A stretch of DNA of 64,000 nucleotides from positions 463 to 64,462 of the forward strand of contig CALWQT010000014.1 of NCBI GenBank assembly GCA_944383765.1, read 5' to 3'. The notes beneath the pieces are model-generated. The model made no database searches and had not been told where the DNA came from. It saw nothing but the letters and a program-made list of their open reading frames with translations. This stretch comes from an uncultured Lachnospiraceae bacterium. Its GTDB lineage: Bacteria; Bacillota; Clostridia; Lachnospirales; Lachnospiraceae. This document shows positions 7,561-17,400 of this stretch, in pieces; the stretch's first letter is position 1, and each line of letters opens with the position of its first letter. A program made the position numbers and the translations under genes.

Positions 7561-7800
7561 GTGGGTAATTTAGAACAGGAAATGAAACTGTTGGCGGTCA
7601 CGCTGACAGGGCAGGAGGCGGATATCATTCCGGATAGTCTGGAAGATATCTGCCATTTTATTGCGGAGAATTATAAAGCTCCGGCAGAAGTGCCGTTTGA
7701 ACAGGTGACTGCTCCGGCGGATGCAGCGGCAGAGAATCCAACAAAAGCAGAGTTCGATGGACTGATTGCAAAGTTGAAAGAAGCAAAAATATTTAAGTAA
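7561..7800 (+). CDS. phage head-module protein of unknown function (GTG start)
   Basis: AAGGGGGTGA then GTG 7561; 79 aa, acidic, directly upstream of the capsid gene. Confidence 0.5.
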   Translation: MGNLEQEMKLLAVTLTGQEADIIPDSLEDICHFIAENYKAPAEVPFEQVTAPADAAAENPTKAEFDGLIAKLKEAKIFK

Positions 7801-7812
7801 AGGAGAAAAGAT

Positions 7813-9348
7813 ATGACATTACAGGAAATGATTGCCAGACAGAGGCAGATTACAGAAGGAGCGAGAGCAGAGGGACGCAGTTTGACGGAAGAGGAACAGA
7901 GAGAATTTGACAATCTCCAGAGTCAGATTGATGAAGAATTGCAGCGCTCAGCAAATGGTAATGGAAGAGGAGTTCCATCAGATGAAAATGGAGCAGGACA
8001 AGGAGGAGCAGATGCAGGGCAGCAGGCAGCGCTGAGAGAACGTTCCAGGATTCGTGAGATTTCAGCACTGTGCCAGCGGTTTGGTATTGATCCGGAAACT
8101 TACATTTCCAGAGGAGATACCCTGGATCAGGTAAGGGAAGCGGTTCTGGAACAGCTGCAGCGTAACAGTGCTCCGATTTCTGCGAGAGTAACCGAAGATG
8201 AAGGGGATAAAAAGCGCAGCGCTATGGTAGATGGCATTTTGCTTCGCAATAACATCCGTGTAGAAAATCCGGCTGCAGGTGCAGGAGATTTTCGGGGAGC
8301 GTCTCTGCGCATGATTGCGGCAAACTGTCTGGCAGATGAAGAGGGAGGAAATGCCAGGAATTACTATATGATGGACCCTAATGAATTGTTTGAGGAGACG
8401 ATGAGAAGGTCTTTTTATAACCCGACTGCAGCTTTCCCGGCTATTATGGACCAGGTCATCAATAAAGCTTATGTGGAAGGGCATAAGACGGCTCCGGTTA
8501 CATTCGATCAGTTTACGACCAAGGGTACTTTATCTGATTTTAAGAAAGCAGATAATTATTATGTGCAGGGAGGTTTTGGAGAGTTTCTGGAGGTACCGGA
8601 AAACGGTGAGCTGAAGCATACGGTGACAGAAGATGAAAAACTTCCCCAGAGACAGCTGAAGACTTATGGAAGGCAGTTTACCATGAGCCGGAAAGCTTTT
8701 ATCAATGATGATATGGGCGTAATCACAACGCTGCCTGCCAGAGCTGCGAAAGCTTCTCGAACAACGATTAACAGTCAGGTTTATAAGATTCTTACAGGAA
8801 ATCCTAAAATCTATGATGGAAAGACATTGTTCGTAGCGGACCATAAAAATCTTTTGGCAAAAGGAACCGGAATCACGCAGGAAGCAGTTCAGTCTATGAT
8901 TCTGGCTTTAGGAGGCCACAGGAAAAAGATTGACGGAACGGAACAGGCTATTATTATCCGTCCTGCAGTTATGGTGGTTCCGCTGGGATATAAATTTGCC
9001 ATGTATACCCTGTTTAATTCTGCCACCATCAGTGCTTCTGGAGATGTGAATCCATTGTACCAGTACAGGGATATGATTCGGGTGGTAGAAGATGCTACCC
9101 TGAATGCTCAGGTTGCAAGCGGGGCAATCCCGTGGTTCCTTGTGGGAGATACCAACGATACAGATTTTATCCAGGTGGATTATCTGAACGGACAGGAGAT
9201 TCCGAATATCCGCCGTATGGAGGCACCGGGACAGCTGGGATATGTGTGGGACGTTTATCTGGATTGGGGAATTACGGTGCTGGATTATCGTGGGGCGGTG
9301 AAGAATCCTGGAATCGAGGTGGCAGCTCCCATCGAACTTGCAAAATAA
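7813..9348 (+). CDS. major capsid protein with N-terminal coiled-coil (scaffold-like) region
   Basis: 511 aa. N-terminal ...ARAEGRSLTEEEQREFDNLQSQIDEEL typical of capsid delta domains. Position after the protease; strong RBS. Confidence 0.8.
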   Translation: MTLQEMIARQRQITEGARAEGRSLTEEEQREFDNLQSQIDEELQRSANGNGRGVPSDENGAGQGGADAGQQAALRERSRIREISALCQRFGIDPETYISRGDTLDQVREAVLEQLQRNSAPISARVTEDEGDKKRSAMVDGILLRNNIRVENPAAGAGDFRGASLRMIAANCLADEEGGNARNYYMMDPNELFEETMRRSFYNPTAAFPAIMDQVINKAYVEGHKTAPVTFDQFTTKGTLSDFKKADNYYVQGGFGEFLEVPENGELKHTVTEDEKLPQRQLKTYGRQFTMSRKAFINDDMGVITTLPARAAKASRTTINSQVYKILTGNPKIYDGKTLFVADHKNLLAKGTGITQEAVQSMILALGGHRKKIDGTEQAIIIRPAVMVVPLGYKFAMYTLFNSATISASGDVNPLYQYRDMIRVVEDATLNAQVASGAIPWFLVGDTNDTDFIQVDYLNGQEIPNIRRMEAPGQLGYVWDVYLDWGITVLDYRGAVKNPGIEVAAPIELAK

Positions 9349-9350
9349 AG

Positions 9351-9364
9351 TTGCGATATCGCAA
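9351..9364. repeat. 14-bp palindrome TTGCGATATCGCAA just after the capsid stop
   Basis: Perfect palindrome. A near-identical copy, TTGCGACATCGCAA, lies at 25136-25149, also just after a stop codon. Confidence 0.6.
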
Positions 9365-9386
9365 ATAGAAAAAGGAGGAAAAAGAT

Positions 9387-9716
9387 ATGGCAAAGACAGC
9401 GGTATATTGTCAGAAAGGTGATGCGATTGATTATAAGAATTCTACAGAAGAAATGATTGCAGCCAATACAGTAGTGATTATCGGAAAAAGAATGGGAGTG
9501 GCAGGAGGAGATATCCTTCCGGGTGAAATCGGGACACTTCATATGACGGGAGTGTTTGAGATTCCCAAGAAAGCCAGTGTGGCTCTGGATGCAGGAGATC
9601 CGGTGGTATTTACAGACGCTGACGGCATTGATAAAGCGACATCTGATGTGATGGGATATGCTGTAGAGGCAGCGGCATCAGAAGCAGCAACAGCAAGAGT
9701 AAAATTGTTGGGGTAA
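9387..9716 (+). CDS. DUF2190-family head protein (decoration/cement-like)
   Basis: 109 aa; the GDAIDY...GVAGGDILPGEIGTLHMTGVFEIPK...GDPVVF pattern matches my memory of DUF2190; follows the capsid gene. Confidence 0.7.
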   Translation: MAKTAVYCQKGDAIDYKNSTEEMIAANTVVIIGKRMGVAGGDILPGEIGTLHMTGVFEIPKKASVALDAGDPVVFTDADGIDKATSDVMGYAVEAAASEAATARVKLLG

Positions 9717-9720
9717 GGAT

Positions 9721-10050
9721 ATGGCTGGCTTTAAAGATATCATCAGCCAGGATAACCAGGAAGTGTTTCTGAATCCGGAAGAATTTGGTGAAGTCCATAT
9801 GGTGGCCGGAAAACCTATGTGCATTATCATTGATGAAAATGAACTGACGGAACGGGAAAAGAAACAGTTTGGCAGAGGGCGGGACGGGACTTATCAGAAG
9901 TCGCTACTGTTCTATGTAAGCGAAAAAGTGTTTGGTCCGCTTCCGGCTCCGAACCAGATTCTTCTTCTGGATGGCAAGAAGTACCTGGTTACTGAGGCAA
10001 ATAATGAAGGTGGAATTTACAGTATCAGTCTGGAGGCTGGGAAATCATGA
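9721..10050 (+). CDS. head-tail joining protein (lambda FII-like, tentative)
   Basis: 109 aa, position and size; ...EEFGE... and C-terminal LLLDGKKYLVTE...GGIYSISLE resemble FII-type proteins. Confidence 0.45.
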   Translation: MAGFKDIISQDNQEVFLNPEEFGEVHMVAGKPMCIIIDENELTEREKKQFGRGRDGTYQKSLLFYVSEKVFGPLPAPNQILLLDGKKYLVTEANNEGGIYSISLEAGKS

Positions 10051-10631
10051 GAATCGTAACCATCAGGGCGGAGGTATCCAATGATACCGCCGCCTTCTTT
10101 GATGCCGCCGGGAAAGAGAAGCAGGTCAGAAAAGAACTGAAAAATGCTGTGAATGATATGGCCAAAAAACTGAAAGGTGAGTTGTATGATGGGGTTAAAT
10201 CTTCATATACCATCAAATCAGGACAATTCAGAAAAAGTGACATTAGATTAAAGAAAGCAACATCTTCCAGAATTTCAGCACTTCTTACTATTGAGGGTGG
10301 TCCCGTCTCAGCAAGATCGGGCTACCGTTCAAGAAAGAATTCTGCCAGGAATGCCGCCAAGATTGAGGTAAAAAAGGGTTCAGGACTAAAAGAAATAAAA
10401 ATGAAAAGTGGAAATCTGAAAGCATTTGTGACAGGAGTAGACACTGGACATACCGGAGTGAATCACATTGATATTTTTCAGAGAAAAGGTAAGGGACGAT
10501 TTCCAATCAAAACAATTTATGGACCTGGGCGTGCAAAACTGTCAGAAGGTGTATACGAAGAACTGAGAGAACAGAAAGAAAGTGAACTGTCAAGGAGACT
10601 TGATGCTTTAGCAGCGAGGGTAATGAAATGA
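10047..10631 (+). CDS. virion morphogenesis protein (possibly minor tail Z-like)
   Basis: 194 aa, overlapping starts and stops with neighbours in the head-tail connector block; function by position only. Confidence 0.4.
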   Translation: MRIVTIRAEVSNDTAAFFDAAGKEKQVRKELKNAVNDMAKKLKGELYDGVKSSYTIKSGQFRKSDIRLKKATSSRISALLTIEGGPVSARSGYRSRKNSARNAAKIEVKKGSGLKEIKMKSGNLKAFVTGVDTGHTGVNHIDIFQRKGKGRFPIKTIYGPGRAKLSEGVYEELREQKESELSRRLDALAARVMK

Positions 10632-11107
10632 CGATTGATAACTTTGTACATCAATTAGCGGAAGAGGCGGAAAGGATTCTGAAAGATATTTCCTTTATCA
10701 ATGTAAAAAAGCAGCAGGTACCAATAAAGGGATATCCATATGAACTCCCTCTTGCGATGATCCGGGCAGGATGGGGAGAAGGAGAGGAGATAGGATCAGA
10801 AGAAGAACTGTTTCCCTATATTCTGGTGCAGATTTCAGATATTGACTATGAAGAGGAAGAAGCCTTGGCAAAAGTGTGGATCCTTATGGGAGTGTACGAT
10901 GAAGATCCTCAGATGTCTGGCTGGACCAATATTACTGCTGCGGTGGAACGATTGGTAAACCGATTCAGGGTGAACAGTGTGTTGATGGATTATTATTACT
11001 GTGACAGACAAATGAAGGTAGCATATCCGGAACAGGGGGACTGGCCTCATTTCTTTGCAGGCATTGAAATGACCTGGCATCTTCCGGTACTGGAACCAAA
11101 TTTATAA
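10628..11107 (+). CDS. phage structural/assembly protein, unknown function
   Basis: 159 aa, translationally coupled (ATGA overlap) in the connector block. Confidence 0.5.
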   Translation: MTIDNFVHQLAEEAERILKDISFINVKKQQVPIKGYPYELPLAMIRAGWGEGEEIGSEEELFPYILVQISDIDYEEEEALAKVWILMGVYDEDPQMSGWTNITAAVERLVNRFRVNSVLMDYYYCDRQMKVAYPEQGDWPHFFAGIEMTWHLPVLEPNL

Positions 11108-11117
11108 GGAGGTAACG

Positions 11118-11387
11118 ATGGCAAGAGCAGACAGAATGTCAAAGACCAGTACAGTAAAAGCCTATATTGGGCCTACGCTGCAGGGAATTATTCAGGGAGG
11201 TACCGTTTTTTCTGGAGGTATTCCGCCAAAGGCAGCAGCAGTGGTAGCTGCTTATCCGTTTATGGCTGGATTGTTTGTAAACGTGGATAATCTGGCAGAG
11301 GCGAGAAAAGAATTGAAAAGAGCTGGCAGCGAAAGAAATATGCTGTATCGACGTGCGAAGGAGTTAGGAGGAAATCAGGATGTATAA
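11118..11387 (+). CDS. phage protein, unknown function
   Basis: 89 aa, RBS AAGGAGG, immediately upstream of the sheath gene. Confidence 0.5.
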   Translation: MARADRMSKTSTVKAYIGPTLQGIIQGGTVFSGGIPPKAAAVVAAYPFMAGLFVNVDNLAEARKELKRAGSERNMLYRRAKELGGNQDV

Positions 11388-12831
11388 ACATGGGATTGAA
11401 GTAGAAGAGAAAGCTACGGCATATGAGCAGCCGATGGCAACCAGATACGGAGTGCAGGTGATCATAGGGACAGCTCCCGTCAATCTTGCGGAACAAGTGT
11501 TGGTGAATAAGCCAGTAAAAGTTTCCAGCTGGGACGAAGCGGTAAAGGCGATGGGATACTCGGATGACTGGGAGAAATATACATTGTGTCAGAGTATGGC
11601 AGCGTGTTTTCAGGTTTTTAAAGTGTATCCTGTTATTTTTATCAATGTACTGGATCCGGTAAAACATAAAAAAAGCAATGAGGCTTCCGATAAGGCAGTT
11701 TCCAACCATCAGGTAAATCTGGGGCGGGATATCATTATGAGTTCTGTAGTGGTAAAAGCATCTTCTGAAGGGGAAGCAAGCACAAAAGATGAGGACTATA
11801 TGCTTTCTTACAATGATTCTGGTGAACTGATTGTGACGCTTCTCAGCACAGGGGCTTTGTATGCAGCGGAACAGATCAATGTGGCGAGCGATAGTCTGGA
11901 TCCTTCTATGATTACGGAAACGGATATCATAGGATCCAGAGATATGGAAACAGGAGAAGAAACAGGGTTGGAAACGATACGGCAGATTTATTCCAGATAC
12001 GGAGTAGTTCCCAATCTTTTAGCAGCTCCGGGATGGAGTCATAAACCCAATGTAGGGGCGGCTCTGATGGAAAAATGCAGGGATCTGAATGGAATTTATC
12101 GCTGTGAATGCGTTCTGGATCTGGATACCAGCACCAAAAAATATACGGAATGCGGAGCGGCCAAGGCGACTGCCGGTTATACAGATCCTCATGCCATTGT
12201 TCTCTGGCCTATGGTTCTTTATGGTGGAAAGAAGATGTATTATTCCGCAGTATACGCAGCTATGGCAAGCTATTATACAGCGAATAATGGTGACGTTCCT
12301 TATATGTATCCATCCAATAAGCTGCTGGGCGTAGACGGGGCAGTGGTTTCAGATGGAACAGAGGTGGTATTGGATCAGCCTCAGGCAGCGGAATTAAATG
12401 GAGATGGCATTGTGACGCTGCTCAATGATGGTGGCTGGAAAGCGTGGGGAAATAATACCGGCGCTTATCCAGAAGTTTCGGATCCGAAGGATCGGTGGAT
12501 TGGCTGTCGCAGAATGTTTTCGTATGTGGCCAATTATTTTATCCTGCAGTTTAGAAATCGTCTGGATGGATTGATGAACCGGAACACCATTGATGATGTG
12601 GTCAATGCGTTTAATATCTGGGGTAACAGCCTGGTGAGCCAGGGAAGATGTGCCGGACTCAGAATGGAATACAGAAGGGAAGAAAATTCTGAAGAAGATC
12701 TGATCAATGGCCGTGTGAAAGTCCGGATTTATTTTGCACCCTACACGCCAATGGAGTATATCCAGGCTACGGAGGAGTTTGATATGAATACACTCAGAAA
12801 TACGATTGTGGGAGAGGAGGAAGCAGTATGA
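11380..12831 (+). CDS. contractile tail sheath protein
   Basis: 483 aa. N-terminus MYKHGIEVEEKAT...VIIGTAPVNLA typical of P2 FI-type sheaths; followed by the tube gene. Confidence 0.9.
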   Translation: MYKHGIEVEEKATAYEQPMATRYGVQVIIGTAPVNLAEQVLVNKPVKVSSWDEAVKAMGYSDDWEKYTLCQSMAACFQVFKVYPVIFINVLDPVKHKKSNEASDKAVSNHQVNLGRDIIMSSVVVKASSEGEASTKDEDYMLSYNDSGELIVTLLSTGALYAAEQINVASDSLDPSMITETDIIGSRDMETGEETGLETIRQIYSRYGVVPNLLAAPGWSHKPNVGAALMEKCRDLNGIYRCECVLDLDTSTKKYTECGAAKATAGYTDPHAIVLWPMVLYGGKKMYYSAVYAAMASYYTANNGDVPYMYPSNKLLGVDGAVVSDGTEVVLDQPQAAELNGDGIVTLLNDGGWKAWGNNTGAYPEVSDPKDRWIGCRRMFSYVANYFILQFRNRLDGLMNRNTIDDVVNAFNIWGNSLVSQGRCAGLRMEYRREENSEEDLINGRVKVRIYFAPYTPMEYIQATEEFDMNTLRNTIVGEEEAV

Positions 12832-13343
12832 AAATTCCACAGGTGATCAATCGGTTTAATCTTTATAAATCAGGAAATAAGCTTGTCGGACTGACCGGGG
12901 AGGTGGAACTGCCGGTCATCACAATGCTGACAGATTCCTTGGAAGGAGCTGGAACAGGTGGGAATATGGATGTACCTGTGATTGGACTTACAGACAATAT
13001 GGATATGAGTATTCCCTATATGTCCATTAACCGGGAAATGTTTTCTATGGCAAATCCCAATGAGGCGGCAGATCTGACTTTGCGTGGAGCGATTCAGGGG
13101 ACGGACCCGGCTACCGGGAAAATTTCCTATACATCACTGGCAGTATCAGTAAGAGGAGTGGTAAAAGAGATTACGCCAGGAAGCGTGAAAGCGGGAGGCA
13201 AAATGGAATCCAGCATTACTCTGACATTAAGTTACTATAAGATAGTGCTTGATGAGGTAACCGTGATGGAGATTGATAAGCTGAATGGCGTGTTTGTGGT
13301 CAATGGTGTTGATGTGCTGAAGGAAGTAAGAGATATGTGCTAA
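12828..13343 (+). CDS. tail tube protein (P2 FII-like)
   Basis: 171 aa. IPQVINRFNLYKSGNKLVGLTGEVELP... matches the P2 FII tube N-terminal pattern. Confidence 0.85.
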   Translation: MKIPQVINRFNLYKSGNKLVGLTGEVELPVITMLTDSLEGAGTGGNMDVPVIGLTDNMDMSIPYMSINREMFSMANPNEAADLTLRGAIQGTDPATGKISYTSLAVSVRGVVKEITPGSVKAGGKMESSITLTLSYYKIVLDEVTVMEIDKLNGVFVVNGVDVLKEVRDMC

Positions 13344-13353
13344 GGAGGGGCTT

Positions 13354-13680
13354 ATGGAAAAGACAGTGAAAACAAAAGATACAGAAGATTTTTTGGTGTA
13401 TCCTCTGGAAAAAGAAGTAGTATTTGAAGGGAATAAGATTGAAACCATCGATCTTACCAGTCTAAGGAAAATGACTTTAGATGAACTGGCAGAAATCTAT
13501 GATGCTTATGAGGCACTTGGAGGAAGCGATACGATTGCGATGGGAGTTCCACTCCGGTTCCTGAAACTGGTGATCCAGAATGTAACAGGGATTCCGCTGG
13601 AGGCACTGGGAAGGTTAAGCGCCAGAGATACTCTTAGGCTGAGGGCCAGGGTGTATCGTTTTTTCTATCTGTCAAAATAA
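13354..13680 (+). CDS. tail assembly chaperone (P2 gpE / lambda G analogue)
   Basis: 108 aa between tube and tape measure; contains the slippery site near its 3' end. Confidence 0.75.
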   Translation: MEKTVKTKDTEDFLVYPLEKEVVFEGNKIETIDLTSLRKMTLDELAEIYDAYEALGGSDTIAMGVPLRFLKLVIQNVTGIPLEALGRLSARDTLRLRARVYRFFYLSK

Positions 13681-13868
13681 ATGGAGTCAGTGATATTCCG
13701 AAAGTAAGGAAGAACTGTGTGTGCGCGGCAAAATACAGTCACACAGGACTTCCTTTTTTCTATGGAATGAAACTGTCCAGGCTATGGACCGTGATGGAAG
13801 ACATCGCAGAAACCATTGAAGAGGAGAACCGGATGCGCAAGGAGGCGAGAAGGAAAAATGGCAGGTAA
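13354..13868 (+). CDS. tail assembly chaperone, -1 frameshift fusion product (E+E' / GT analogue)
   Basis: After a -1 slip at T_TTT_TTC (13659-13665) the -1 frame stays open to TAA 13866-13868 (...LSVKINGVSDIPKV...EDIAETIEEENRMRKEARRKNGR), overlapping the tape-measure start. Confidence 0.6.
13659..13665 (+). promoter_or_regulatory. X_XXY_YYZ slippery heptamer T_TTT_TTC
   Basis: In zero frame CGT TTT TTC; the canonical position for the conserved tail chaperone frameshift. Confidence 0.6.
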
Positions 13869-16800
13869 GAAAGGGAGCTATGAGACCCTGATAAAGATTT
13901 CCGGAAAAGTGGATCAGTCATTCAAAGGAGCGATTGATCAGGCGGAGCGGGAATTGAAAGGATTATACCAGCAGTCGAAGAGACAGAACAGTATGATGAC
14001 AGGCATAGATGGGCTGAGCAGCCTGTCAGACCAGACCTTCCGCCTGGTGGCAAAATCGGCGCAGACGGCGGCTGTGGGGCTTATGGGAATTGCTACAGCC
14101 TCTACAATAGTAGGAGCCAGCTATGAGAAGCAGATGAGCTCGGTACAGGCAATCTCCAATGCATCTGCAGCGGATATGGAACGTCTGAATGATCTTGCCA
14201 AAGAGATGGGGCGCAATACTCAGTTTTCTGCAACAGAGGCGGGGCAGGGGCTGGAGTATATGGCAATGGCCGGCTGGAATGTTGATCAGATGGTAGCCGG
14301 ACTTCCATCCGTTTTAAATCTGGCGGCTGCCAGCGGAGAAGAACTGGGACTGGTTTCAGATATTGTAACAGACGCCCTGACGGCCTTTGGTCTTCAGGCC
14401 GAGGATACGGCTGTGTTTGCAGATGTCCTGGCAGAAGCCTCCAATAAGTCCAATACAGATGTCGCCATGATGGGAGAAACGTTCCAGTATGTGGCACCAG
14501 TAACCGGGGCATTGAAATTTAGCATTCAGGATACGGCTGTGGCAATCGGTCTTATGGCGAATGCCGGAATCAAAGGGAGCCAGGCCGGTACGGCATTGCG
14601 TTCTATGATGTCAAGGCTGACAAAGCCAACCAAGGAAGTCCGTGGGGCGATGAATACGCTTGGACTATCTATCACGAATTCCGATGGAAGTATGAGATCA
14701 CTCAGAGAAATCATGCAGGATATGCGTTCTGGGTTTGCAGGTCTTGGAACGGCACAGCAGGCCAGTGTGGCAGCGGCATTAGCTGGACAGGAGGCCATGT
14801 CGGGTCTGTTGGCGATTGTAAACGCATCACCAGATGATTTTAATGACCTGGCATATGCCATTGACCATTCCACCGGGGCGGCAGAACGTATGGCAGAAGT
14901 CAGGATTGATAACCTAGCTGGTGATTTGACGTTGCTTCAGAGCGCAGCGGAAGGCGCTGGGATTGGTATCTATGAAGCGATTGATGATATTTTGCGAGAA
15001 GGCGTTCAGCAAACCGCTTCTATGGTCAATGAATTTACGGAATCGGATTTCCTGGAAGATCTGTCCGAAGAGATGCCTACTATACGGCGCAATGCGAAAG
15101 AGTTTGGAAAGTTCATAGGAAAAGCCATAGAGCCAGTGCTGAATATGGGAGAGTGGTTTTTAGAACATCCTGATGTAGTTGCTGGAGGGCTTGCCGGAGT
15201 TGGATCGGCTCTCCTTACCTGGAAGGCAGCCAAAGGGGCTACCTCTGTGGTGAAAATGCTTGGAAGTCTTTCAGGGATGATAGGAGCCTGGCCAGTGGCA
15301 GCAGCCGGGCTTGCAGTTGGTGGAATCGTAGGAATTGGAACAGCGATTAAAACAGCAGAGAAAGCGGCTGCAGATGCCAACTTAGATGATCACTTTGGAG
15401 ATATTGTACTGTCTATTGAGGAACTCGATGAGGCGGCCAGGCATATTGTAAGCGGCGGAGGCAGCTTGTTTGACCAGCTGGATCAGTTTCAGGATGCATC
15501 GGATTCAGCAGATCAGTTGGCGAAATCACTGGAGGACGGATTGGCAGCTATCCGGAAATTCGATTGGAAGCTATCGATGGGGATTGCTTTCGATGCAGAC
15601 GATACGGAATCGTATGTGAATACGGTAGACCAATTTGTTAAAAATGCTCAGGACTATATCACCAACAGCGGTTATGAAGTATCGCTGGCGGTGGATATTG
15701 TATTTGGGGAAGATGGAGGAGCTTTCTCGGAAGACAGCGATGCGTTTTATCAGTCCCTGTATCAGCGGCTGCTTCCGTTGCAGGAAGATCTTCAAAGTGT
15801 AATGCAGGATATCACGGCAAACGGGCTGACGATTGATAAACAGGAACTTGTGAACAGCTATTTGAGTGATATTTCTGATGTTACGTCCATGATCACGAAA
15901 GCGGAAAATGCTGCGAAGCTGCAGATGATAGAATCTCAGTACGCCGGAGCGGACCTGCTGTCAGGCGATACATTCCAGAATCTTCAGCAGTCTATTCAGG
16001 AATACTCAGATGAAGCAAATACAGGGATTGATGAATCATACCAGAAGATTCTGACCAGTCTGAATTCACAAAGGATAGCCGGGGAAAGTGGCATGGATGG
16101 TGGTATTTCCCAGGCTGAATTTGATGAAAAGAAAAATGAAGTTACGGCGGCCTATTATGAGCAGAAAGCTCAGGTGATTCAGAATGGCTATGGCGTGATG
16201 AGAGATGCCATTATGTCAGCCTACGGTGATGAGATTGAACCGGCGTTGGAAGCGGTGAACCAGGCGATTACTGAGGGAATTCCAGAAATCATGGAGCAAT
16301 CAGCAACTCCGGAACAGTTTTCAGCGGGATTTGAGAAACTGATCAGTGATGTAGTAAATGCTTCTTCGATGGCTCCGGATGCGAAAAATGCAGTCAAGAT
16401 GCTTCTTGAAAATATGATACCCACACAGGAAGACTTGCTACAGATGAAACAGCAGATGGAGGCAGCTGGATTATCTCCGGCAGAAACGATAACCAGCGCA
16501 TTGGAAGAAATGACAAGTTTATCTGCTGTGACAGGAGAACAGGAAAGCATCTGGAAACTGGTTGGGAATCAGATTTCCAATAATGAAGATTATACGCTTT
16601 TGCTTGAAACAGTAGAGCAGCAGTCAGGTGCTATTCCTGATTCAGTCATAGAGGGAATCCATTCTAAAAATGTTGAGGTAGAAACAGAAGCGAGAGAGTT
16701 GCTGGAAATTGTGAAAGGTACTCTGGAACAAGGTGTTCATGCAGAGGTTCCGGTAACGATTCAAACGGTAACATCTTATAGAAATGGAACCTTGAAAAAA

Positions 16801-17184
16801 TGGCAGGAGTCTGCAATAGGTCATTATGCCAAAGGCGGTTTGATTGCAGAACCGACATTATCCTGGTTTGCAGAAGAGAGTCCGGAGATGGCTATTCCTA
16901 TTGACGGTTCTGCCAGGTCTTTGTCCTTATGGGAGGAGACAGGAAGGCTTTTGGGAGCATATCGGGAAAATAACTATGAAAAAACATATTCTGTTATGAC
17001 TCAAAATGGGAATTCCGGCGATGGAAGTGGGAGTACACCTGCGGCGCCTACTTATGCTCCGGTCATGAATTTTTATGGGAATACCAGTCGGGAAGAGGTA
17101 GAGGAAGCAGAAAGGATGAATTTTGAGCGATTCCGGGAATGGTATGACCGGCTCCAGTATGAGCAGGCCAGGGCAGCATTTTAA
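13858..17184 (+). CDS. tail tape measure protein (TP901-type core)
   Basis: About 1108 aa. QMSSVQAISNASAADMERLNDLAKEMGRNTQFSATEAGQGLEYMAMAGW core, central hydrophobic Gly/Ala segment. ATG 13858 preferred over the TTG 13816 in the track. Confidence 0.9.
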   Translation: MAGKKGSYETLIKISGKVDQSFKGAIDQAERELKGLYQQSKRQNSMMTGIDGLSSLSDQTFRLVAKSAQTAAVGLMGIATASTIVGASYEKQMSSVQAISNASAADMERLNDLAKEMGRNTQFSATEAGQGLEYMAMAGWNVDQMVAGLPSVLNLAAASGEELGLVSDIVTDALTAFGLQAEDTAVFADVLAEASNKSNTDVAMMGETFQYVAPVTGALKFSIQDTAVAIGLMANAGIKGSQAGTALRSMMSRLTKPTKEVRGAMNTLGLSITNSDGSMRSLREIMQDMRSGFAGLGTAQQASVAAALAGQEAMSGLLAIVNASPDDFNDLAYAIDHSTGAAERMAEVRIDNLAGDLTLLQSAAEGAGIGIYEAIDDILREGVQQTASMVNEFTESDFLEDLSEEMPTIRRNAKEFGKFIGKAIEPVLNMGEWFLEHPDVVAGGLAGVGSALLTWKAAKGATSVVKMLGSLSGMIGAWPVAAAGLAVGGIVGIGTAIKTAEKAAADANLDDHFGDIVLSIEELDEAARHIVSGGGSLFDQLDQFQDASDSADQLAKSLEDGLAAIRKFDWKLSMGIAFDADDTESYVNTVDQFVKNAQDYITNSGYEVSLAVDIVFGEDGGAFSEDSDAFYQSLYQRLLPLQEDLQSVMQDITANGLTIDKQELVNSYLSDISDVTSMITKAENAAKLQMIESQYAGADLLSGDTFQNLQQSIQEYSDEANTGIDESYQKILTSLNSQRIAGESGMDGGISQAEFDEKKNEVTAAYYEQKAQVIQNGYGVMRDAIMSAYGDEIEPALEAVNQAITEGIPEIMEQSATPEQFSAGFEKLISDVVNASSMAPDAKNAVKMLLENMIPTQEDLLQMKQQMEAAGLSPAETITSALEEMTSLSAVTGEQESIWKLVGNQISNNEDYTLLLETVEQQSGAIPDSVIEGIHSKNVEVETEARELLEIVKGTLEQGVHAEVPVTIQTVTSYRNGTLKKWQESAIGHYAKGGLIAEPTLSWFAEESPEMAIPIDGSARSLSLWEETGRLLGAYRENNYEKTYSVMTQNGNSGDGSGSTPAAPTYAPVMNFYGNTSREEVEEAERMNFERFREWYDRLQYEQARAAF

Positions 17185-17198
17185 AGGAGGACTATGGT

Positions 17199-17399
17199 AT
17201 GCGTATTTACATTACAGTTCAGGGAGACACCTGGGATATGATAGCCAAAAACGTGTATGGAAATGAGAAAAAGATGGATCATCTGATGAGCAGTAATCCT
17301 GGCTTGTTGAATTATCTGATATTTCCTGCCGGAGTAAAGGTATCTGTACCTGATCTGGATACAGAATCACAGGCGGATCTGCCAATCTGGAGGCGATGA
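17199..17399 (+). CDS. tail protein X (LysM-like, P2 gpX type)
   Basis: 66 aa. YITVQGDTWDMIAKNVYGNEKKMDHLMSSNPGL matches the gpX/LysM pattern. Confidence 0.8.
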   Translation: MRIYITVQGDTWDMIAKNVYGNEKKMDHLMSSNPGLLNYLIFPAGVKVSVPDLDTESQADLPIWRR

Positions 17400-17400
17400 C

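Noticed and set aside
7067-7573. Plus-strand ORFs 7067..7282 and 7340..7573
   Set aside because: They lack RBSs and have odd composition. They overlap the better-supported minus-strand XRE gene, the 43-aa peptide gene and their promoters.
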